A stretch of 64,000 nucleotides of DNA from Neocallimastix sp. 'constans' (GCA_050613775.1 JBODTK010000125.1:372001-436000); one strand, 5' to 3'. Shown: positions 26,660-41,895, counted from the first letter of the stretch. The notes: generated from the letters alone by a model not told the origin. Program-made: numbers and translations.

Positions 26660-28483
26660 TTTATATATATATATATATATTAATTTTCTGATAAATTATT
26701 TATTAAATAATAATTAACTTATGTATGTATATAATTTTTTGTAATATTTATGTATTGTTGTAATATGATAATTATTCAAGTTTTAAACGGCGTTTTCTTC
26801 TTATATATTTAAAATATTATTGTACAAAATTATAAAATGAAAAGAAAAGTATATATTTTTCTTGTATTTCAAAAATATTTTACTAATTTAGGATTAATTA
26901 GTTCTATTTAAATTAAAAATTTCATGTATAATAATATTATATTTATTTTTCTTTAAGTAAATAATAATTAAATAAAAAAAAACTTATGTACAAGTGAATA
27001 TTTATTGGAAAAGATAAAAAATGAAATAATAATGTTAAAATATAAAATTTTTTACTATATCAAAAATAAAATATATAAAAATTATATATATTTTTATAGT
27101 TTGTTCGTTTTTTATAAAAATAGTTTAAAAATTGAAATAATTTAGCTATATTTGATATGTTTTATATATATTATATATGATTATTTCCTTTTTATATAAT
27201 AATACGATACGGAATATTTCAATATTTCGTAAAATATTTGTTTCAATAATATAAAATATTTTATATTAACTTTTCTTTTTTTTATATTTTTCCTTCACCT
27301 TTTTTTTTTTTTTTTTTTTATTTTTTATTTTTTGTGAGTATTTCTTTTTTAAGTTCTTAAAAATTAATATTTTATTATTTAACTCACTATATCCATAATT
27401 TATTATTATTATAGAGAAATTTGTATTACTATTAATAATATTCACTTTTGATTATAATTATAATAATGTTTGATTACATTATTTTTAAATATATATTAAC
27501 ATAGTAATTCACTTAAATATCGTTATTTATATATCCTCCTTTAAAAACGTATATATTATAAGCAAAATAAAAATAAATATATATATTTGTATATATATAT
27601 ATATATATATTTTTGCGCTTTAATATTATTCTTCTTTTTTATTATTATTACTACTGTTGTATTCTTTCTTTTTTTTTTTTTTTTTAACTTATTTCTAAGA
27701 AAAGAAAAACGCGCTTTAACCACTGAAATATTTTTTAAAAAAAAAAAAAGGCAATACTCCTTTTAGTTCAACCTGGAAATTAAAATAATATATTATTTAT
27801 ATTATACATATTATATTAAATAAAAAATAGAAATGTAGAAAAAAAATAGAAAATAAATATATAATTTCAATTAAATTTATTACATTTTTTATAATAAAAT
27901 ATTATTTTAATAAATAATTCCTTTATATTATGTTAATCACATTATTACAATTAATATGATATATACATATGATATATACATACAATATAAAAATATATAA
28001 AAAAATAAAAAAAAATATTGTATGAACGTGAAAGATATATTACTATTTTTCTTATTCCTCAATACCTTAATTAAAACTGTAATATCTTGTAAATAATATT
28101 GATTCTTTTCTTTTCGTGATTTTCCTTCACCTTATTATTATTGTATTAATTACTGTTATTTCCTTTTATTGTAAAAAATTTTTTTCAAATAAATAAATAT
28201 TGAACGTATATTAAAAATAAAAATAAAAAAGAAACGAAAAAAATTATACGCATATGTATATATGTAATAATACTATTATTTTTTTAGGAAATTAATTAAA
28301 AATATTTCAAAATATTACAATATATATTGAAAATATTTTTTAAAGAATATCATATATATTATTATTTAATATTAAATCTACATTATAATTTAATTTTTTT
28401 TACTTTCTTTGATTAATAAATAATTAATAAGCTAGAGATTTAAATTTTGAATCAATTAATATATATAAAAATAAAGAAAAAAA

Positions 28484-28519
<36 letters not shown>

Positions 28520-31002
28520 AAAAAATTAAAAAAAACTATATAATAAAATAATAAAATTTATTATTATTTTATTCTTTTATTAAAATAATTAATATTTTCA
28601 TTTTTATTTTATTATAATTATTTTGTGTTATTATGATTATTATTATATAATAATATTGATGGAGTAAATACAATTTTAATATATATCTAATTATTTTTAA
28701 AATAAAAAAATTATATATAAAAATAAAAATAATAAACTGATTATAATAAAAAAAAAATAATAGTAATTAAATATTTATACTATTAATAATTTAATAATTA
28801 AAAATATTACAGATAAATAAAAATACTACAATTAAAATAAAATATTAAAATTTAATTTTGTTAAATAAAATTAAATTAAATAAAAAATTATTAAAATTAA
28901 TAAAAGTTTAAATAATTAAACAGAATATAAAAAAAATAAGATTAATTGAAAATTTTAAATTTCAATTAATACATGATTCCTATATATTGAATTATATTTC
29001 ATTCATATGTGAATATTTTTTATTTAAAAATTAAAAAAAGGTTTATTATTAATCATGATAAAATTATATATATTATAATTAATATGTTAGATTTAAATAT
29101 TTTTTCTTTTTAGAAATTATTATTTATATGTTATCTTTATATTTTATAAACATCCTTATTAATAAAATTTAATTCAATTATTATTTGACTATTCTTTTTT
29201 TTTTTTATATATAATTTAATAATTATTATTTAATAGAATTTATTATAAAAATTTAATAGTAAAAAAAAAAGTATATATATAATATTCATATACAATAGTA
29301 ATTATATTTAATAAAAAAAAAAAGGTAAAGAAACAAACTTTAAATGATATTATAACCTTTATACAAATATTGATGTGTTAATGAATGCTTGTTTTTATAT
29401 TTTATTAATCACATTTTTTATTCGGATTTAAAATAATAATAATAATAATAAAAATAATAATAAAAATAATAATAAAATAGGATGGGAAAATATGAATTCA
29501 AATTTATATTTTGTATTTTGTTTAAGATGCTTATATTTATAAAAGGCGATTAGAATAAAGTCTTTTGATTGTTATCAAAAGCATATTTCTTTATTACAGG
29601 TTTATGAAGTATATATATTTTATCATCTTTATTCATATGTGACAAAAGTATATATTTTATATAATATTATAATATATCTTAATTTCAAATAAATTATATA
29701 TTATACTATCCATATTTTTCAAATAAAAATATTCTATATTTTATAAACATAAATATACTATAAAAATACCTTATTATAATAAAGAATACATGTATAAAAA
29801 TTTAATAATTATATTTATAAATAAAATATAATATTTATTACTAAATACAAATTTTCATTAAGTTTTTATCTAAATTAATTTATTAAATTTTTTAACTTAG
29901 GAAAAAAATATATATATATCATTTATACCAAGTATATATATTATAATATTTAATTAAAAAGTTTTTTAATTTAAATATTTTAAAATATTATAAAAACTTT
30001 AAATAAGAATTAAAAAAAAAATAAAATAAAAAATAAACAATAAAATTTTAATATTTTATATATTTTATATGTTTTATAATTTTATAAATATTTATTATAC
30101 ATTTAATTTTATTAAAATATCTAATATAAAAATTAATATATGGATTTTTAAGCAAATAGTATTTTTTATATATTATATTTATTATTTAGTTTTAAAGGAA
30201 ATTAATAACAAAAGCTTCCAGTTTATTAATCTTAGTTATATAGATTGAATAAAAATATAATGGTAAATATAGAATAAGTATAAAACACAAATTTGTATTA
30301 TATAATTATAAATATAATTATATTTTTAAATTATCATGATAGGAGAATAATGCCTTTATTTAAAAACATTTTTAAATATTAAAAAAAGAACATTTTAATA
30401 TTGATTTTTTATTTGATATCTCATGGTAAAAAATTACGACAATTATTAAATAAAATTGTATGTGAATTAAAAAAAAAACTTTGAAAAATCAATTTAATAA
30501 TTTGTTTATATTATAAAATCAAATGTATGCTTACCAAATAAATAAACTTATTTAATCAATTATTAGGACCAGATCTTTTTTTTTATTATTATTATTTTTA
30601 GATTATTATATTATATAAACTATACAAATATAGTAGTTTACCTTTTTTTTTTTTTCTTTAAAAAAGAATTTATTCATTATTTAATATCATTAATAGTTTT
30701 TAATTTAATATCTAAAATTAGTTATAAAAAAAATATGGTAAAAATTATATATATAAATATCTGTAATAATTATGTTTTAATCAAAATTAACTTTATTGAA
30801 TGTTTTTTACTTTTGTTTCTATTTCTTTTCTTTTAAATATATATATTAATATATTAATATATATTTTTATATTGTTAAAATAATTATTTTTACAATTAAA
30901 AAATGTAAAAATAATTTATAAAATCAATTTTACATTTTATATAAATCGTAAATAAAGTTAAAATATTTAATATTTTAGTCTTTATAATAATAATAATAAT
31001 AA

Positions 31003-31033
<31 letters not shown>

Positions 31034-31118
31034 CATAAAAAAAAAGTTTAAAATTTAGCAAAAAAATTTAAATTAACATAGATATTTAATTATTTTTAAT
31101 GTATTAATTTGTCTTTAT

Positions 31119-31220
<102 letters not shown>

Positions 31221-31353
31221 TAATATTAAGAAACTTATTTTTATATTTAATTAATATTAATTTAAATACAATTATTTTTTATTTATTAATATTTATTTAT
31301 TTATACTTTTACTTTCATATAATAATATTTTTTGAAAAATATAAATTTTTAAA

Positions 31354-31657
31354 TTACACAAATACAAATATAGTTGATATAATAATATCTAAAATTAATA
31401 CCATTATTAAATTTTTTTTACTTTTCCATTTATGAAATTTTTTAATTTCTTCATCTTTTATATCAATAACTTCAAAATATCCAGAAATACTAATAAAATA
31501 AAGTATAAAATATATAATAATAAATATAATTATATTATATAATAATGTACATTAATAAATTAATTTTCTAATTATTTTTTATTAAAAAAAAAAAATACAT
31601 TTATTATAATATATATATTATTTATTTTAAAATTATAAAAATTAATAACTATTAAAT

Positions 31658-31696
<39 letters not shown>

Positions 31697-32907
31697 TATA
31701 ATAATTAAATATATATATAATCATATTTACCTTTTTCCCATAAATCCAATTATAAAATCAAAATCATTAATATAGACAGATATGGATTGTAACGCAATAA
31801 ATAATGGTATATAACTAAATAATACTCGTATTAAAATTGAACTTTTATAAAATACCAATATAAATAGATATCCTATTACAATAAAGAATAATAACAAACC
31901 AAATGAAAATCGTAGTAATGAATGCTTTCGTGAAACATTACTTTTTATACGTTTTATAAGGAAACGTTGATACGGTCCAATATTTAATATATATAAGGCT
32001 TGTTGATATATATTTTCAAATAATTCATATCCCCATTGTTTTTCTTCATATATTTTTTTCTCCAATTCTCGAATAGCCATTGGTGATATATCTATATTTC
32101 TATTTTTATCCTCATTAATTAAATAGGTTTCAAATATTTGCTTAGCACTATATAAAAGGTCTTGAGTAGAAATATTTCGTTTTACACTTGATGAATAAGA
32201 CTGAAAAGATGTATTTCCCGGAATAGAAATAGTCAAATTAGATAAATCCTGTTCATGATAATAATTATCTATTTAATAATTTTATAAAAGTAATTGTAAA
32301 ATAATAAAATTATAAAAAAATATTATTATCATTTATTATAACATTTAATATATTATGATATTTAATTAAAAGAATATAAAAGAATATAATATAATATAAT
32401 ATAAAAATAAAAAAAAGAAATAAAAAAAAAAAATTGAAACAAAAATATATATTTATATATAAGATTAAAAAAAAATAAATATAAATATAAAAATAAAATT
32501 ATATAACTATATACATATTAATAAAAAAGAAATAGTATATTGTCCTATAGAAATATTGTACTAATACAAGATTAATAAATTAAACATTTCAATATAATGG
32601 TATAAAAACTATTATTAATTTTAAAAATTCTCAATATATATAAATGTATATATAAAAATAAAAAATAAATAGCATATAAAATAATCATAATATAGTTCAT
32701 CCATGAGAATATACATATAAAAAATTTATATAGAAAGTATTTCCATTATTTCTCATAAATAAAAAAAAATAAAAAAAAATAAAATAAAATAAAAATGAAT
32801 TTCACAAATTAAATGTATCTATTACCTGAATAATCATTTGAACTTAAAAAAGAATTAAAACGACTATTATCGTTTTCAATATTTTTAAAAACATTATTAT
32901 TATTATA

Positions 32908-32952
<45 letters not shown>

Positions 32953-33357
32953 ACGATGATTAAGAATATTACTCAATTCTTGATTTGAACTGTTGGTCGA
33001 ATTATCATAAGTATTATTATATAAAGAACTATGATTATCTATAGAAAAAGATCTTACACTTTTATAGGAATCAATTAAACGTTTATGAGAAAGTAAATCT
33101 AATAAAAAATCTAAATAATTATCCATGGATTCAACTTCTTTTAACCATACATTAAAATTATAAGTACAAAATGGAGCAAGAGTCTTATTTTCTAAGCAAT
33201 CCTTCAATGAAGGAAAAACAAACATATGATATTTTATCTTTTCGAAAATTCCATTATAATTATTATTTTCTAGAAAATTATTATTCTCTTTTTCATTTAT
33301 TAATCTTGTATAATAAGAAATTTCATTATCAGTGGCATACTTATAGAATTTACTCAT
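31354..33357 (-). CDS. RAX1: Rax1-like RGS-domain membrane protein (polarity / bud-site selection family); 3 exons ~32818-33357, ~31731-32268, 31354-31489
   Basis: FPSLKDCLENKTLAPFCTYNFNVWLKEVESMDNYLDFLLDL resembles the Rax1 N-terminus (LPTL.EVL.R.T..P.DL..FY.+++...DYLDFW+D). SAKQIFETYL is RGS-like, followed by three C-terminal hydrophobic helices. Confidence 0.78.
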
Positions 33358-34133
33358 TGTACATAATTTAAAACAAGTAATAAATAATTTTATTTAATAA
33401 AATTTAATCTAAAATTCTAAAATAAATATAAATTAAAAAATAATTGTTATTAAATTTTAAATAAATAAATATAAAATAAATATTTTATCAATAAAATTTG
33501 TTTAATTCATATTGTATATTTTCTATTTTTTTTTTTTTTTTTTTTTTTTACTTACTTATTTATTTATATTTTAAAAAATTAAATTTTATTAAAAAATAAT
33601 AATATAAAAAAATTTAAATAATAGTAACATGTTGATAATAATCAATCAATAGAAAATATATTATATAGTAATATACCAAATAAATTTTATATATTATATA
33701 TAATAAATCGATAATATTATTATGTATGTTTTTTTTTTATTTATTTATATGTATTTTTATATTTAATGGTTAATTATTCTTAAAAATTAAATAAAAATAA
33801 TAATATATTTTTTAAATTAAATTAAATAGATATATAAATTTTGATATTAAAACTATGTGGCTAAAATTTTTAATTAGGTAATGCTATTATAGTAGAAATA
33901 ATAATTAAAGTGATAATAAATTATTTCAAATATTCTAAGATATATGAATTTTGTACTATATTATAATACTTCTAAAATACCAGAACTTAAAATATTCTTT
34001 ATTTAATATTCATTTAATTAAAATTTATTTAAATATTCATAAAATTATTATGAAAAACTTAAACATAAATTATTTTAAAATCAATTAATGACAGTTCTTT
34101 TTTATTTCTATATCTATTTTTTTATATATATAC

Positions 34134-34188
<55 letters not shown>

Positions 34189-34699
34189 CCTTATTTATAA
34201 ATAATCCATATTGAACCTCCAAAGTATATATTATTCAATATTAAATTTTGTAAACATTAAATATGTGAAATAAATGAATTTTTTGTAAAATGAAATTTTC
34301 TTTATAAATCAATTATATTAATAATAACGTTGTCAATTAAATATTGATGACCTCTTTAGCATATGAACTTTAACAATTTTTTATGAAAGTTATTATCTTT
34401 TGTGTAATAAATTTCTTTATAATGTTAAAAAAAAAAAAAAAAATATTATCTTTAATTATTAATTTATTATATACTTTTGTACTTTTAAATTCTAATAGTT
34501 CTGCTTAGTATTATATATATATAAAAACAAAAATAATTATTGTTATTTAAATATCTTTCATGATAAATTTGTTAAAGAAATTATACTGTATTTCTTTTTA
34601 AGACAATGAATAAATTTTATTTAATAATATTAATTAAAAAAAATAAAATACATGGAATTATTTTACATTAATATTAAAAAACAACAATATAAGTTTTAA

Positions 34700-34940
34700 G
34701 AACGAAATGGCCTTTAACTCTTCGATGATAACACTATGTGGATAAAAATTATCATTCGAATTTGTATCAGAATTTCTTCTTTGTCTTATCATTTCGATGT
34801 CGACACTCTTGACAACAGTAGATCTAATATTATACAAATTTATTATAATATAAAAATTTCCAATCACAAAAGGCATAATATTAGTAAGGAATTCCGTAAG
34901 CCCCAGAAATAATGAATTCAAGAAAGAAGAAATCTCTTAA
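34700..34940. repeat. Diverged dispersed repeat, copy 1 (homologous to 51481-51720)
   Basis: Colinear similarity, e.g. TAACTCTTC.ATGATAA, ATTCGAAT..GTATCAGAA, CTTATCATTTCGA, AGGCATAA.ATTAGTAAGGAATT, AAGCCCCA, GAAAGAAGA. Confidence 0.85.
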
Positions 34941-35997
34941 AGGTACAAAAACCATATCAATTGAAAAATATTATTAATAAATAGCCTATTTGACCAAAGC
35001 CGATCATTAAGATTTCATATATTGCATTTCCGCCAATAAGAAGATATAGTACGTAAAAAATAATATTATCATAAAAAACTTCTTTAAAACTAGTACAAAA
35101 ACCATATCAATTCAATGCATAAAACCATGCATATTTTATTCCAAATTAATGCTAAAAAGGCATCCAAATACAATACTATTATATATATTATTATTGTTAT
35201 AATTATTATATCAACAGTTTAGCTAATATATAATTTATAAACTCATCAGGAATGTTCAAAAATTTCTCATGAACAAATTAATAAAATGGAGTAATTGTAT
35301 AATGAATTATTCTCAGTAAAACTTAACATATTTTCCCAGGAAGTTTATTAAATATGTCTGCGCACTACTATGTTAAAAAAGAAGTGTTTTTACTTTGTTA
35401 TTTATATCCTATTTGTCTTTACAGATATAATAAATTTATGTTGAATTTCCAAAGTTTATAGCAACTACTATGGTTTTACTTTATTACTTTATAACATTTG
35501 AACCAAAATGATACTTTAAATTTAATTATTATAATTTATATACTTGAACAATTAGTTATCCCATTATATCAATTCGAGAAAAAAATAAAAATAATATAAA
35601 AATATTTTAAAAATTTATAAAATTATTATTTTCATATGAAAAATATACAAAAAACAATATATCATTTTTAATTATAAACACATATGATAAATAGTTTTAT
35701 ATTCTTTTAAATTATATATTAATAAATTGTTTAGATAAATCATTACAATTAATATTTTTATTTTTTTTATTTTTCTTTTTCTTTAAATATATTAAACTAA
35801 ATTAAATTAAATTTGAATTACTTAAAAATTAAAAATTATATAAATAAATTAAAAATAATTATAAATTCTATTTTCTTTATACTATAAAATATGAGGTATT
35901 AAATAAATAAAATAACTTAAAATGATTAAAAAATAATATATTACATATTAAGAAAAAATAAAAAAAAAAAGCTTCATTATATAAGTCATCATTAAAT

Positions 35998-37418
35998 TCA
36001 TTTTGAACCATGCTTTATTTTTCTTTTTAATGCAGAAGCAAACTTTCCCTTCTTTCTGTTTTGTTTTCCAAGGGTATCTACCAAATCATCAACATCTTTA
36101 AATTTACCCTTTTTATGAGAAACATTTTCTTCACCAACATATCTCCTAGAATTCATCTTTCTCTTTCTTAAGATACCAGTACCGTAATTAGCTTCATCTT
36201 CTTCATTAACAGCTCTATCAAGACCTTCCAAATCTCTGAAGTCACTTAAGTTATTAAATTCATCTTGTAAAGACATTACACCACGACGTTTATTCATTCT
36301 CTTTCTGGCCTTCTTTTCCTCACGAGTCAAAGTGAAACGCATAAAGTTTTCTTCTTCATACTTTTGCTTCTCTAATAATTTTTCATCCATCTTTGTTGCT
36401 ACTTCATGAAGGCCATAACCTGTACCTGCAGCAGTTAATTCTTCGGGTCTACTATCATATTGTTCTTGTAAATCGCGAAGTAATCTAGATTTAGCCGCAC
36501 GGCTTTGTTCACGTCTACTTAATTCACCAATATTTCTTGATATTGGTTTTTCTTCAAAGTGCATTGGAACAATTTTTGGTGGTCTATACAGCTTAGGTTC
36601 ATCTGAATCCTTTTCCTTTTCTTCTTCACCTTCAGAGCCTATCATATTCTTTGGATTAGGTTTATATTGTAAAGGATCTTGTAAATCACTACTTATTGAG
36701 CCATTAGCCATTTTAACTAATTTATCAATTTGATACTTTAATTTTAATTCTAATGGTTTCATCTTTTCAAGTATAGTTCTTTCTTTAATCAATTGTAAGA
36801 TTACTGGATGATTTTCAATTTTTTGACCATCCAACTTAAGCATAAAATAATAACTTAAATTAATAATATAACTAAGCATTACATTATATTTGACATCCAA
36901 AAAACTAATACCTTTAGATAATTCGAAATCTTCATCTTCAATTTTTTTTTCTAATGGTTTTAATTTATTCTTTACTTCTATTATTTTTTCTTTAAAATCT
37001 TTTAAATAGGTAAGAAATTTGGTTTTATCTTTTTCATTTATTTTAATATTACCTATATTTTATTGTATTGAAATATATAAATATTAATTATTAATTTTAA
37101 CAATAATCATAAAACTGAAAAAAATAAATAAAAATTAAATTAAATAATGTTAAATTATATTGAATTTATTATTAATTTATCTGAATCGTTTGAAATCTTT
37201 ATCTATAAATGTTACAAGTAAAGAAAAAATCAATTCAATATTTATATTCCGTGGTTAACCATTTATATCTTTTACAGGGATTAAAAGATAAAAAACTTTT
37301 TGTAAATTAGTTTTATTAAATTCAAACTTGATTTTTTACAATAAAACTTAATTTCCATTCCCACGGGTAAAAATATATTTATATATCTTTTAATTATTAA
37401 ACTTTTACCTTCTTCCAT
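35998..37418 (-). CDS. LCP5: Lcp5/neuroguidin, U3 snoRNP / SSU processome protein (Sas10/Utp3 family); exons 37409-37418, 35998-37052
   Basis: GISFLDVKYNVMLSYIINL, HPVILQLIKERTILEKMKPLELKLKYQIDKLVK, DPLQYKPNP, LYRPPKIVPMHF, YEEENFMRF. Confidence 0.92.
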
Positions 37419-37990
37419 TTCTCTTTATTTTTTTTATACTTAATTTTTAAATTTCAATTATTGTGTTAATTCTTTTTAATTTTTCTTTAAAAAATTGAAT
37501 TTTTCATTTAATTGAAATTTAAAAAATAAATTATTATTATTAACAAAAAAAAAAAAAATTAAAGTTAATAAAATTTTTAAAATTTGATTGGCTATTTTTT
37601 AAAATATGATTGATCAATAATAATGAATAATAAATAGTTTTTACACTTTATGCTATTTCATTATGACTAATATTATAACAGTAAATTTTATAGCATTCAC
37701 AATATATTATCAATTTATAATTTTTTATATTATTCATTTGTTAAATTAATTTTAAAATCTTTTTATATTTTATTATATATTAAGTTATTAAAATACAATT
37801 AATTTTATAATACTATTTTTAAATGTATTATTATTATAAAATTTTATTGTATATTCTATAAAAAAATGCTCGTAAAATTATTACGAGTTTTTGTTAAATA
37901 TCAAAAATTAAATAAATAGTTAACTTTTTTTAACTCGAAATAAAAATCAATTTCGCTTTAAATGATATTAAATAATAATAATAATAATAA

Positions 37991-38021
<31 letters not shown>

Positions 38022-38053
38022 CAATAATGATAATAATTTATTGTTGTCATATA

Positions 38054-38692
38054 TTATTCTTGTAAAGTTAATAAGATAGATGCTGTTAACATTTATTATA
38101 ATTAATAATATGATTATATAATTAATATATGTACAATTATTTTTAATTAATATATGTACTATTATTATTAATATCATACCCGCAATTAATTGTAATTCTT
38201 GATATTCTTTCATGTTTTCTTGAAGATTTTCCATAATTTGTAAATATTTAAAAAGAGTATCTCGAGGCCATATTGTTTCTTTTTGTTTACTCAAAAGACC
38301 ATTTAATGTATTACTAATAGTGTTTTCCCAACCTTATGTATATATAATAATATAAAATTAAATAAATTTAAAAGCACAGACAAAAATATTAATATTATTC
38401 ATCATTTATTTAATATGATTTATTATAAAAATAATTTTTCTTTTAATACTTATTAAAATAAAATTGTGTAATTCACCTTGTGATATTTTATTACTAACAA
38501 TTAGTAATCTTTGAATTGTCTCAATGATATCAGAATCTTTAATATCTTCTAGCCTTTATTAACAAATTATTATAAATAATTAATAATAGAAATAATTAAT
38601 TTATCTAATAATCAATAATATCTTATTTATTACTTTTCAGTTGAATCTTTTGATATTATATCATATATATAATAAAAATATAAAAAAAAAAA

Positions 38693-38729
<37 letters not shown>

Positions 38730-39074
38730 GAAAGTTAATATATTAAATTAATTATTATTGATTAATGTAATTTATTTATTAATTAAAAATACTCATTAAA
38801 TATTAGTTAATTTTTCATACCTTCTTCTTTTATACTACTTAATTTTTGTGTTGAAATATTGGAATTATTATATTTACTATCAAATTCATTTAAATTATTA
38901 CTAAAATTAATACTATTATTATCTTTTTTAACTTTATAACTTAATAATGAATCATTCAATCCAAGTTGATTTCTTTTATTTTCCACTTCTAATTTATCAT
39001 AGTATTTTTTATCATCTACTGTTCTTTTCAAATTATCGCTATATCATCAAATAAATTATTAATATTTTTAACAT

Positions 39075-39121
<47 letters not shown>

Positions 39122-41252
39122 TGTTAACGTTACATATATATAAAAAGGGAGTGAATTATTATTTACATTGATGTATTTATATTTCCTTGAATTCTTAATT
39201 CTTCATTTAATTTTTTCCTCATATGTTCAAATCTTTTAGTTTTTATTAAATCTGCTCTTTGCTCATTCATTTCATCATTAATTTTATCGAAATTATTCAC
39301 TATAAATTTTTTTTTTTTTTTTTTTTTTTTTTAGTTTTAATATAATATATAATAAATATTATAGAAAAAAATTTATATTATGATATCTAAAGAAAATATA
39401 ATTATATTAATTAGAGTACCCATAACACCAACAAATACATTTCTGAAAATAAAAGCACCAAGACAAGTCCATATTAAAATATAAGTTGTAGTAACAGCTG
39501 GATTTGAGATAGTTGATATTTCTTTGACCATATCATTCCATTGATCGAAAGTCAAAAGTTGAAATAAAGTTTTAAAGCTTTCACCTAGAGAACTAAAAAC
39601 TTTTATTAGTAATTCTTTATAATAATAATAACGAAAAAATAAATTTTAATATATATTATACCCAAATCTATCATGAAAACGAAGATCATTTTGAGATGAC
39701 TTAGTATAATTTTCAAATAAACTCATACCAAGAATAGCCAAAATATACATAACAAGCATAATTAAAATCATAATAAAAACCAAAGACTTAAGAATATATA
39801 ATCAAAATATTTTATTATTATTATTAAATATGTTATTTTTTTATGTTTATTTGTTTATATATATATAATGAAAAAATAATGAAATAAAATAAATTTATTG
39901 GTCATTAAAATATATATATTCATACCTGAAAAGCATCAAGAATTGTCAAAACAATAATCTTTAAACTTCTAAATCTAACAACCTATATATAATTATATTA
40001 TATATAATAAATAATACAATAATAGTATTTAACAAATTCTAATATTAATATTTACATATTTTCAATTTTATTTAAAATTTATATCTTATAATATATTTAC
40101 AATTTTAAATATTCTTAAAACACGTAGAATTTTTAGCTTTTTAAGAACGCTACCTATTCCATTTGAACTGCCTTCAATAAAAAATCCCATGATTTCAGGT
40201 ATAGCACTCTATAATATTTATAATGTTAATAATATGCTAAAATTTTCTATTGAAACAACGTATGAATTCATATAAAATGAATAAATAAAATAAAATATTA
40301 CATACAACAATAGTAACAGCAAAATCAGAAATATTCCATCCATCTTTCCAATAGTTTGTAAATGAATCTATCCATTTAACAATAATTTCTGTAATAAATA
40401 TAACCATCGAAACCAGATCAATAATACCAGCTATTTTAAATAAATTGGCATATTGATCTTCTTTAAACTGTAACTCTAAAAATGCATAATTATCATATTA
40501 TATTACCAAATAGACATTTATTTATTTTCATCTTTTATATGCTTTTATATATCATATTAATGCTATATATTATTTTCTTTTTTTATCTACCTGTTGTTAT
40601 ACCAATCATAATAACATTTATAATAATTACAAGAATGATAAAATTTTGAAATACTGAAGCTTTTGATTATAAAGAGAAAACAAATAATAAAGTTTATGTT
40701 TTGCATGAAAATATATATATATACAAAGTTAAAAATTACATAAATTTAATATTAAATATATTAAATATATTGATTAAATATCTACTATTAATTAACCAGT
40801 TTGCCCATGCTCCCAAAGGAATATACTTAATATTTTTTATTCTTGTTAATCTACGATCAATTTTTGAATTTTTTGAATTTTGTTGAATTCTTTTAAATGG
40901 TTGAAACTTGATTAAATGGTTTGGATGATCAATAAGAATCTTTTTTAAAAATTTCGGGTCTTCATTAAATAATTAATATCAAATTATAACAAAATCAAAA
41001 TAGTTAATAACATAAAAATTATTGTTTCTTATTGTAAACGGCAAACAATTATTATTATTCGATTTAAATAAATAAATAAAAAAAAAATAATAATATTAAT
41101 AATGATAAAAAGTAACCTAATAAATCATTTGATGTATAAACTGGAGCTTGAATATTTAAATTATTATTAACATTATCTAAAAGTTGGAATTCGTCGATTA
41201 ATTTTGTTCTAAATAGTGTTGATCGTGATGAAAGATCATGAAATACCTAGAC

Positions 41253-41284
<32 letters not shown>

Positions 41285-41406
41285 TTTTTATTTTTATTTT
41301 TATTCATTTTAATAATTTATTATAACAAAGAAATTAATATTTAAAATATATTTAAATATACATTTTCTGGAGCCCCTTTTCTTAAAATGGGTTCCGATTT
41401 ATTCAT
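38054..41406 (-). CDS. CATSPER2: CatSper2-like cation channel alpha subunit (6-TM Ion_trans), many small exons
   Basis: N-terminal FRTKLIDEFQLL..HLIKF; S3 YWKDGWNISDFAVT; S4 LKKLKILRVLRIFK; pore FKTLFQLLTFDQW; S6 YILIWTCLGAFIFRNVFVGVMVNNF; C-terminal ETIWPRDTLFKYLQIMENLQENMKEYQELQ, which resembles the CatSper2 WPRDSLFRYFELLEKLQYNLEE segment. Confidence 0.85.
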
Positions 41407-41590
41407 TTTTTTCCTATTTTTTTTTTTTTTAACTATTTATTTTATGAATATACTAAATAATATTAAATATAAATCTATAATTTTATATTATAATATTATA
41501 TTATATTTTTTATTTAATATTAAGATATTGATATTGAAAATTAATATCAATATTTTTTAATTTTTTTTTTTTTTTATTTGTTATTTTCAA

Positions 41591-41629
<39 letters not shown>

Positions 41630-41895
41630 TATAATAATAATAATAATAATAATTAAAATTAATTTAGATATTTTTTGTCAATTTTTTTGTTTTGTTGTTT
41701 GCTGCGCTTAATTTAAATAAATATATTATTTTTTTTTACATCATAACACGGAAATTTTTTAAAAGTCAGATATAAATTTAAAATTTAAAAAAAAATTATT
41801 ATTAACATATTTTCAATGGGTTAGTAATTAGTTACGCCCAATTCTGCAAATAAAAAAAAAAAAAAAAAACTTAGATTAAATTTTTGATTTTAATA

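Noticed and set aside
37869..37887. Hairpin CTCGTAA-AATTA-TTACGAG as a Helitron end or terminator
   Set aside because: No CTRR terminus at the expected distance and no second copy; a 7-bp stem alone is insufficient.
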